From Staphylothermus marinus F1 (GTDB taxonomy: Archaea > Thermoproteota > Thermoprotei_A > Sulfolobales > Desulfurococcaceae), in the NCBI RefSeq assembly GCF_000015945.1, contig NC_009033.1, positions 630,001-662,000 of the forward strand: DNA of 32,000 bases, read 5' to 3'. Shown here piece by piece: positions 25,544 to 32,000 of this stretch (its first letter is position 1; the number at the start of each line of letters is the position of its first letter). A program made the position numbers and the translations under genes. The notes under the pieces were generated by a model. The model did no database searches. It saw nothing but the letters and a program-made list of their open reading frames with translations, and was not told the DNA's origin.

Positions 25544-26347
25544 ATGCCTATACCCAGAAAAGAATTACCAAATGTTGGAGAATATGTTATAGCAACAGTT
25601 AAGGAGATCTTTGATTATGGAGCCTATGTTACGCTAGATGAATATAATGGTTTAGAAGCATATTTGCCGTGGAGCGAAGTGGCTTCTAGGTGGGTTAGAA
25701 ATATTCGCGACGTTATACGTGAAAACCAGAAAATAGTTGTTAAAGTGATCCGAGTTAATAGGCGCAGGAAAACTGTTGATGTATCGTTAAAGAAGGTTCC
25801 TGAAAATGAGAAGAGAAGAAAAATGTTGTGGTGGAAAAGATATCTGAAAGCATCTAAGATAGTAGAGCTTGTTGCCGAGAAAATAGGTAAGAGCATTGAA
25901 GATGCTTATAGAGAGGTTGTGTGGAAACTTGAAGACTATTATGGTGATCCATTATTGGGGCTTGAAGAAGCTGTTATCAGAGGACCAGATGCTTTACGCG
26001 AGGCAGGTATTCCGGAAGAATGGATCGAACCATTATATAATGAGGCTCTAAGACATGTTAAAGTCAAGATGGTAAAGATAAGAGGATTAATGTTTCTGAG
26101 AAGCTATGAATCAGACGGTGTTGAGAGAATAAAGAAAATATTGTTATCAGCTAAAGAAATTCTTGATAAAGTAGGAGATAACGTGAAGGGGAGAATATAC
26201 CTATTGGGATCTCCACGATATGTTATAGAGATAATAGCTCCAGATTATAAGGAGGCTGAAAAAGTATTAAAGGAAATATTGACAACCACCGAGAAATTAG
26301 CAAAGGAGTTAAAGGTAGAATTTAGGTTTGAGCGTGAAAGGAAATGA
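25544..26347 (+). CDS. eif2a: Translation initiation factor aIF2 alpha subunit
   Basis: N-terminal S1 domain (LPNVGEYVIATVKEIFDYGAYVTLDEYNGLEAYLPWSEV), then a helical domain and an alpha-beta domain. 267 aa. Confidence 0.9.
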   Translation: MPIPRKELPNVGEYVIATVKEIFDYGAYVTLDEYNGLEAYLPWSEVASRWVRNIRDVIRENQKIVVKVIRVNRRRKTVDVSLKKVPENEKRRKMLWWKRYLKASKIVELVAEKIGKSIEDAYREVVWKLEDYYGDPLLGLEEAVIRGPDALREAGIPEEWIEPLYNEALRHVKVKMVKIRGLMFLRSYESDGVERIKKILLSAKEILDKVGDNVKGRIYLLGSPRYVIEIIAPDYKEAEKVLKEILTTTEKLAKELKVEFRFERERK

Positions 26348-26544
26348 GATGGTTAATGCGTAAATGCATTAGATGCGGCAGATATACTCTTAACCATGAT
26401 CGTTGCCCATATTGTGGCGGAGAACTTATTGTTCCCCATCCTCCAAGATTTAGTCCTGAAGATAAATATGTTGCTTATAGGTTAGAAATGAAAATAAAAA
26501 CTGGGATACTAGACCTAAATAAGATTCCTGTATATGATCCCTGA
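26344..26544 (+). CDS. nop10: H/ACA RNP component Nop10
   Basis: RKCIRCGRYTLNHDRCPYCGGELIVPHPPRFSPEDKY: zinc-ribbon plus the PPRFSPED signature. ATGA overlap with the aIF2-alpha stop. Confidence 0.88.
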   Translation: MRWLMRKCIRCGRYTLNHDRCPYCGGELIVPHPPRFSPEDKYVAYRLEMKIKTGILDLNKIPVYDP

Positions 26545-26687
26545 ACACTTATAGCTTTTGATTTATCCCATCATTATCCCACATAATCATATTATAGTAG
26601 ACGGATAAAATTTATTACCTTGAACAAAAAGACTCTTAACATAGTGTCTTTTATTAGTCTAACCTAACATTGATGGCGTGAGATAAA

Positions 26688-28286
26688 ATGGTCTACCAAT
26701 CAGTTGCGGTTGTAGCAGCCGCTTTAGCCCCATTATTAGCTGTGATTTCCGCATTTATGCTTCCACTTCTTTCATCTTTATTATCTAATAAGAGATCATT
26801 ATTTGCATTTATTTATTCAGAAACCGTATTTCTAATAAATGCATTTCTTACAATACTTGTTTACCTATATATACATGGTACAAATAATATTATCGTATAT
26901 TTATTTGCAGGTTTTCCAGCCCCCTTCGGCATAATATATGAAGTAGATGTTCTTGGTGCTTTCTTCGGCTTATTAATTGGTTTGATCTTTCCATTAATAA
27001 ATATTGTCTCATATAGTTATCTTGAGAGAAGCTCTAAGCATAATGAATGGTATTATACCTTATATCTAGGTTTACAAGCTGGAATGCTGGGAATAGCCTA
27101 TACAGGTGATCTCTTCAACTTATTCGTAATGTTAGAAGTAATGAGTATTACAGCGTATGGTTTAACAGCTTATTTCAGAGAAAAAGGTAAGCCCTTAAAC
27201 GCTACTATTAAGTATGGATTATTCGGAGCTGTCGGATCAACTATTTATTTCTTAGCCGTCGTATTCCTATATAGCGGTATAGGAACCCTGGCTATGCCTG
27301 ATGCAGCCGCTGCTAGTATGGGTTTAAGCTATTTCGGAGAAACTACTGGTTTAGCTCTTAATCCTTTTCCCGTTCTCATATTATTTGCTGGACTAGCTGT
27401 TTGGGCTTTCATGATTGAATCAGCTGTTTTCCCTCATCATTTCTGGTTGCCAGATGCTTATTCTAATATGCCCTCATCCGTTGCCGCGACAATGGCTGCA
27501 GTTGCTGAGGGGATAGGGGCATATGTGATTATAAGAATATTATATGTTATTGTGGGGATTGATAAGGTACTGTGGCTCTTATCTTTGCTAGTAATCCTAG
27601 GCACAGTGAACATTATTGTTGGAGGATACTTGATGGCTGTATCCAGGGATGCTAAAAGGATAATTGCATATAGCACTATTCTCGATATGGGATACGTAAT
27701 GATCGGTATTGGCTTGGCTACCAATATGGGGTTACAATCTGCGCTATTCTATATTCTTGCGCATACAATAGTTAAGCCACTATTATTTATTGCTGTTGGT
27801 GAAGTTGAAGCTGAATACAAGACTACAGATATTGATAAATTAGAGGAGATCGGAGGAGTTGATCCATATATTGCTTCAGCATTATTATTTGGTGGACTTG
27901 CAGTTGTAGGTATACCTCCACTTAACATGTTCTTTGCAAAGTTAATGTTGTTTGAAGCGGTTCTTGATTCAGGAATTTATCCATTACTTATAGTTATCTT
28001 ACTTGGATCAGCGTTATCATTCGTAGGCTTCTCTAGATTATGGTTTGTGGCGATAGGTTATAGGAGGCGCAGTATTGTTGGAAAAATAGCTAGAGCCTCG
28101 TATTCTGCTAAAGTATTGATTATATTATTGGTTTTAGCAACTATATTAACCGGTATTTTCTATAATTACTTAAATGAACAAGTATTGTCTCGGATAGTGG
28201 AATCAATGTTTTCTTCACAGTTTAGATATGAATATGTTAAAACTGCTTATGATTATCTATCTCAAATGCTTCTAAGAGGTGGTTAA
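26688..28286 (+). CDS. MrpD/NuoN(L/M)-type proton-translocating antiporter-like subunit of an Mbx/Mbh-type complex
   Basis: 532 aa, about 14 TM. Antiporter-like blocks include WLPDAYSNMPSSV and AYSTILDMGYVMIG. Confidence 0.8.
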   Translation: MVYQSVAVVAAALAPLLAVISAFMLPLLSSLLSNKRSLFAFIYSETVFLINAFLTILVYLYIHGTNNIIVYLFAGFPAPFGIIYEVDVLGAFFGLLIGLIFPLINIVSYSYLERSSKHNEWYYTLYLGLQAGMLGIAYTGDLFNLFVMLEVMSITAYGLTAYFREKGKPLNATIKYGLFGAVGSTIYFLAVVFLYSGIGTLAMPDAAAASMGLSYFGETTGLALNPFPVLILFAGLAVWAFMIESAVFPHHFWLPDAYSNMPSSVAATMAAVAEGIGAYVIIRILYVIVGIDKVLWLLSLLVILGTVNIIVGGYLMAVSRDAKRIIAYSTILDMGYVMIGIGLATNMGLQSALFYILAHTIVKPLLFIAVGEVEAEYKTTDIDKLEEIGGVDPYIASALLFGGLAVVGIPPLNMFFAKLMLFEAVLDSGIYPLLIVILLGSALSFVGFSRLWFVAIGYRRRSIVGKIARASYSAKVLIILLVLATILTGIFYNYLNEQVLSRIVESMFSSQFRYEYVKTAYDYLSQMLLRGG

Positions 28287-28291
28287 TTATA

Positions 28292-28831
28292 ATGAGTGGA
28301 AAGAAAAAGTTCAAGCTAGGATTCGCTGAATGGGTTAGGAGTAGAAGTATTTGGATGATACATTACTGTTCAGCATGTGGAGCAATAGAGTTGCCACCCA
28401 ATATGATGGCTCCACTAGATGCTGAAAGATGGGGTATTATGCCTGCGCCTTCTCCTAGGCAAGCAGATGTTCTAGTAATAATGGGTTATGTTACGAAGAA
28501 AACCTTAAAGGTCCTGATGAGGCTTTATCATCAAATGCCCGAGCCCCGATATGTTATGGTTGGATGTAACTGTCCAGCAACCGGTGGATTATACTGGGAT
28601 AGCTACTCAACTGTTAAAGCTGTAGATGAATTTTTGCCTGTTGATGTATGGGTTCCAGGTTGTATGCCTAGAGCAGAGGATTGGCTTCAAGGATTTTTAA
28701 AGTTGAGAAAGAAGATCAGTGAGGGCAGAATAGTTAATCCTAGACCGGTGGAGGAGCCTGGAGAACTCGAGGAGCTCATTTATAGAGAGATTGAAATGCG
28801 TGAAAAGATGATGGCTAAAGTAAGGGGTTAA
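28292..28831 (+). CDS. NuoB / group-4 hydrogenase small-subunit-like Fe-S protein (MbxJ/MbhJ-like)
   Basis: YCSACGAIE, SPRQADVLVIMGYVT, GCNCPATGG and PGCMPR provide the ligands of the single [4Fe-4S] cluster. Confidence 0.85.
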   Translation: MSGKKKFKLGFAEWVRSRSIWMIHYCSACGAIELPPNMMAPLDAERWGIMPAPSPRQADVLVIMGYVTKKTLKVLMRLYHQMPEPRYVMVGCNCPATGGLYWDSYSTVKAVDEFLPVDVWVPGCMPRAEDWLQGFLKLRKKISEGRIVNPRPVEEPGELEELIYREIEMREKMMAKVRG

Positions 28832-28833
28832 CG

Positions 28834-29388
28834 ATGGAGATAGATAAGGAGCTTATAGAGAAGTTGCCGGATAAGTATAAGAATAGTTTCTCTATTGAAG
28901 GCACTGATACAGGTAAGCGTATAGAGATAACTATTGAGCCTCAAGACTTGTGCAAGGTTCTTCCAGCTATTAAGGATGCTGGGTATGATCACTTCATCGG
29001 GATAACTGTGATTGATTATCCTGACGAGAATGTTTTCGAGCTTGTATACTTAATAGATTCTATATCTAAGAATGGACAATTAGTAGCTATTAGAACAAAA
29101 TTGCCCAGAGACAATCCAGTTATCGATACTGCATCCTTTATTTATCCTTTAGCATATTATCAAGAAATCGAAGCATACGAGTTCTTCGGTGTAAGATTCA
29201 ATAATCATGATGGTCTCCGTAAATGGATTCTAGAAGATAATTGGCAGGGACCCCCGCCTTTCAGAAAAGATATTGATACAAGAGATATTGTTTTGAAACT
29301 CTACTATGGTGGCAAAAGATATGAAAGACCTGTTCAGAAAAGGAGCCTCGGCGGATATAGCTTAATGGAGAAGGGTGGAGAGAAATGA
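28834..29388 (+). CDS. NuoC-like 30-kDa subunit (MbxK/MbhK-like)
   Basis: 184 aa. The EAYEFFGVRF and HDGLRKW pattern is typical of the NuoC family. Overlaps the NuoD-like gene. Confidence 0.8.
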   Translation: MEIDKELIEKLPDKYKNSFSIEGTDTGKRIEITIEPQDLCKVLPAIKDAGYDHFIGITVIDYPDENVFELVYLIDSISKNGQLVAIRTKLPRDNPVIDTASFIYPLAYYQEIEAYEFFGVRFNNHDGLRKWILEDNWQGPPPFRKDIDTRDIVLKLYYGGKRYERPVQKRSLGGYSLMEKGGEK

Positions 29389-30512
29389 GTAAGGCTAAGG
29401 TTTTAACAGTATTTCTCGGCCCACAACACCCCGGCGCACCCGGTAATGTTGGGTTTAAATTATTGCTTGATGGAGAACGTGTTCTAGACATAGATCTAAT
29501 CCCAGGTTTTCTGCATCGTGGATTCGAGAAGATGATGGAATATCGTAGATGGGACATGGATTTAGTTATGAGTGCTCGTATATGTGTTGAGGACCCTGAT
29601 CATATAGAGCTTACATATACTCATGCAATGGAGCAAATATTCGGTATAGAGCCGCCTGAGAAGGCAAAATATGTTAGAGTAATAGTTGCTGAATTCAGTA
29701 GATTGGCTAGTCATCTCTTATGGATGATGTATTTCGCAGGACCTATTGCTGCTAGATATGCTACATCATGGGCTATTGCGGCTCGTGAAGAAATACTTAA
29801 ATGGTTCGACTATGTTTCTGGGCATAGAATTTATCATCACTATATTTTCCCTGGAGGAGTAAGATGGGATATACCCAGTGATTTCAAGGAGAAGACTCTG
29901 AAAGTTTTGAAGGTGATTAAGCCATTAATAGATGATATAAGAGACGGGTTCTTCTATCACCCAATATTTGAGAAGAGAGCTAGAGATATGGGTAGATTAA
30001 AACCAGGAGATGCTATAAGACTGGGAGCCACAGGTCCTACACTACGTGGAAGCGGTGTTAAATTTGATTTAAGGAAGGTTCTAAAATATGATGCTTATGG
30101 AGAAATAGATTTCGAGATTCCAAGTGGAGAATATGGAGACTCCTATGATCGTGCTCTAGTTAGACTCAGGGAAATGTATATTAGTATGGAGATTATCAGG
30201 CAAGCCGTTGAAAAAATGCCTACAGAAGGACCATATAGGTATAGACTACCAGCTACAATACCAGCCGGCGAGGGTATAGGTAGGGTCGAGAGCGCTAGGG
30301 GAGAATTCTTAGCACACATTCTTCAGAGACCTCCAGGAGCGCGTAGATATTCTAAACCTTTAAGCCCTTACCGGATAAAATTCCGTGGACCAACAATGGC
30401 TCATTTAACAACTGTGTTGAAACACATTGTTCACAACGAGGAAATAACTATAGCTGACTTACCCGTGCTTATTGGAAGCTTTGATCCATGTCCCCCAGAT
30501 ATTGATAGGTGA
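29385..30512 (+). CDS. NuoD / [NiFe]-hydrogenase large-subunit-like protein lacking complete NiFe ligands (Mbx/Mbs-type L subunit)
   Basis: LGPQHPGAPG and GFLHRGFEKMME blocks. N-terminal RICVED (C67..D70) and C-terminal DPCPPDIDR (C369..D372) replace the CxxC pairs. Confidence 0.85.
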   Translation: MSKAKVLTVFLGPQHPGAPGNVGFKLLLDGERVLDIDLIPGFLHRGFEKMMEYRRWDMDLVMSARICVEDPDHIELTYTHAMEQIFGIEPPEKAKYVRVIVAEFSRLASHLLWMMYFAGPIAARYATSWAIAAREEILKWFDYVSGHRIYHHYIFPGGVRWDIPSDFKEKTLKVLKVIKPLIDDIRDGFFYHPIFEKRARDMGRLKPGDAIRLGATGPTLRGSGVKFDLRKVLKYDAYGEIDFEIPSGEYGDSYDRALVRLREMYISMEIIRQAVEKMPTEGPYRYRLPATIPAGEGIGRVESARGEFLAHILQRPPGARRYSKPLSPYRIKFRGPTMAHLTTVLKHIVHNEEITIADLPVLIGSFDPCPPDIDR

Positions 30513-30979
30513 TGGAAATGGTGTTAAAAGCTGTGCTCTTAGGTTTTAAGTATTTGTTTAAAAAACCATATACACGTATGTATCCCTATAAGGAAGAAGC
30601 TTATGTCACGTCTAAGACTAGAGCTAGGCATATACTCTATATGGATAGATGTATAGGTTGTCGTGCATGCCAACTAGCATGTCCAGCTGATGCTATTAAA
30701 ATGTATCATGTTGAAGGAGATTATCCTAAGAATAGGAAGAAGATCTTTCCAGGAATAGATTATAGTAGATGCACATATTGCGGCTTATGTGTTGAAGCAT
30801 GCCCTGTGAACGCATTAGCGATGACTAATTATACTATGGAGCATTTGATAACAGAGGATAAAGCAACAACATTGTATACACCGGAAATGCTGGCTAAGCC
30901 GCCTGAAGGAAAATATGTTATCACGCTGAGCAAAGATACTTGGAAGCCTCCCTTAACTCCTCCACCCAAGAAAAAATAA
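30509..30979 (+). CDS. NuoI-like 2x[4Fe-4S] ferredoxin subunit (MbxN/MbhN-like)
   Basis: CIGCRACQLACP and CTYCGLCVEACP motifs. Confidence 0.85.
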   Translation: MMEMVLKAVLLGFKYLFKKPYTRMYPYKEEAYVTSKTRARHILYMDRCIGCRACQLACPADAIKMYHVEGDYPKNRKKIFPGIDYSRCTYCGLCVEACPVNALAMTNYTMEHLITEDKATTLYTPEMLAKPPEGKYVITLSKDTWKPPLTPPPKKK

Positions 30980-30990
30980 GAGGTGTTGAT

Positions 30991-31284
30991 ATGTCTCTAT
31001 TGCCTCCTCAAGAAATAACGTTGTATCTCTTATCTTTTGCTACTGGATTATTTATTTTGGCATCAATATTTTATTTTATACGGGTAGTTAAAGGGCCTTC
31101 TCTGCCTGATATAGTGTTGGCTGTTGATACTTTATCTTATGATCTAGCTGTTTTCATAGTATTGTTTAGCTTACTATGTAATTCACCGCTACTAGCAGTT
31201 GGAGCATTACCCTTAGTGTTATGGGCTTATCTCCTAGACATGTATGTTTCAAAGTATCTGGTCAAGAGGGAGCTGGGTGATTAG
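30991..31284 (+). CDS. MrpF/MnhF-like small membrane subunit
   Basis: IRVVKGPSLPDIVLAVDTLS pattern, 3 TM. I start at ATG 30991, preceded by SD GAGGTG (30980-30985), rather than at track start 30940. Confidence 0.7.
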   Translation: MSLLPPQEITLYLLSFATGLFILASIFYFIRVVKGPSLPDIVLAVDTLSYDLAVFIVLFSLLCNSPLLAVGALPLVLWAYLLDMYVSKYLVKRELGD

Positions 31285-31286
31285 GT

Positions 31287-31682
31287 GTGGATGTAGGCGT
31301 GGTGTTAGAAGCTATAGCTTACTATGTTGGTTTGGCTCTAATACTGGTTGGAGGAGTACTTGACCTTATAGCTTCAATAGGTATGAATAGGTTTAGGAAT
31401 TTCTATCTCAGACTACATGCCGCAACAATTGGAGCTATTGGTGGAGGATTTTACCCACTTATAGGTTTGGGATTAATAGCATTAACTTTTGACTGGTTGG
31501 GAAATGTGAAGTATTATATTTCAGGCATAGCTTTTACTACAGCATTTTTCCTAGTCTTAACTGCCCCTGTTGGGAGCCATGCACTTGCTCAAGGTGCTCA
31601 TAAGTCTAGGATAGTTATGCCTGAACCCATAATTGCTGATAAGCTTTTAGAAGATGAGGAGAGGGAGGTTGGTAAGCAATGA
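31287..31682 (+). CDS. MrpG/MnhG-like small membrane subunit
   Basis: RFRNFYLRLHAATIGAIGG resembles the MnhG signature (..Y.RLHA..K). 3 TM. GTG start. Confidence 0.7.
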   Translation: MDVGVVLEAIAYYVGLALILVGGVLDLIASIGMNRFRNFYLRLHAATIGAIGGGFYPLIGLGLIALTFDWLGNVKYYISGIAFTTAFFLVLTAPVGSHALAQGAHKSRIVMPEPIIADKLLEDEEREVGKQ

Positions 31683-31978
31683 TACCTAGTGTTCCATTAT
31701 GCTATATTTTATTAGCATTATTCATGACTTATGCATTAATACTTACATACATGACTCTGAAAGCTAAGAATTTAGTAAAAGCAACTATTTATTCTGCTGG
31801 CCAAGCTGTTGCGTATACATTGGCTCTTACATTGTTAGCCGCTCCAGATCTCGTATTAGCCTATGTCGCTGTTGGTGTAGGTATGTATACTGCTTTATTC
31901 CTCTTCATTATTTCGCGTACAGAAGATACGGAGTATGAGTCTTTGAGTGAAGCATTGGAGAAGAGTGGTGGTAAGTGA
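31679..31978 (+). CDS. Small membrane subunit, MbhD / MrpB-N-terminal-like (tentative)
   Basis: 99 aa, 3 TM, overlaps neighbours in the operon. The family call rests on position and hydrophobic pattern only. Confidence 0.45.
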   Translation: MIPSVPLCYILLALFMTYALILTYMTLKAKNLVKATIYSAGQAVAYTLALTLLAAPDLVLAYVAVGVGMYTALFLFIISRTEDTEYESLSEALEKSGGK

Positions 31979-32000
31979 TGGCGGAGAGAAAAGTTTCCGG
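31978..32000 (+). CDS. Start of next operon gene (truncated by window end)
   Basis: A TGATG stop/start overlap followed by MAERKVS... Only 7 codons are visible. Confidence 0.25.

Noticed and set aside
26630-26655. Short inverted repeat AAGAC-N12-GTCTT upstream of the mbx-like operon as a SurR-type operator
   Set aside because: The arms are only 5 bp. No GTTn3AAC SurR-like motif is present, and SurR is a Thermococcales regulator. The evidence is insufficient.
1-32000. CRISPR arrays, cas genes, toxin-antitoxin pairs, restriction-modification or other defence islands
   Set aside because: No spaced short repeats are present, and there are no nuclease/helicase/methylase combinations outside housekeeping contexts. 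The methyltransferases present have RNA-modification architectures (THUMP, METTL5-like).

Overview
This is an AT-rich archaeal chromosome segment, roughly one-third GC by eye, with GC-rich islands only at RNA genes. Gene content and tRNA introns fit a hyperthermophilic crenarchaeon of the Desulfurococcales. The N-terminus of the partial GH13 gene at the left edge matches my recollection of the Staphylothermus marinus maltogenic amylase. Staphylothermus is therefore my best guess, but I cannot verify it here.

The window is mostly housekeeping:
- a ClC channel
- three tRNAs, two with introns
- ribosomal proteins L44e, S27e and L10e
- CDP-archaeol synthase
- a RecA/KaiC-like ATPase
- a YqgF-like nuclease plus Clp1-like kinase pair
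- the archaeal-type mevalonate pathway genes (UbiD-like decarboxylase plus AcnX large and small subunits) followed by thymidylate kinase
- FAU-1-like RNase
- a THUMP methyltransferase
- Dph2
- a METTL5-like methyltransferase
- Csl4 and RpoL
- TFS, PCNA, PriS and a GINS-like protein
- an STT3/AglB-like membrane protein
- aIF2-alpha and Nop10
- the first part of an Mbx/Mbh-type membrane-bound respiratory complex with Mrp antiporter-like subunits

I see no CRISPR array, transposase, integrase or recognisable defence system.

The one feature not explained by ordinary annotation is a ~237-bp bipartite repeat present twice in direct orientation (14243-14478 and 16698-16935). It has a 110-nt, about 60% GC, multi-hairpin module that is 100% identical between copies. 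This is joined to a diverged AT-rich tail carrying a palindromic TATA-like box. Copy 2 splits a ClpP-class (SDH/DUF114-type) protease gene, which also carries an independent in-frame stop. I interpret the repeat as a candidate mobile small structured-RNA gene or MITE-like element of unknown class.

Secondary observations:
- a ClC lacking both proton-pathway glutamates
- CxxD/CxxD in place of the NiFe CxxC pairs in the NuoD-like subunit
- a degenerate WWDYG motif in the STT3-like protein
- a probable frameshifted small gene between rpoL and tfs
- a small ORF translationally coupled to tfs
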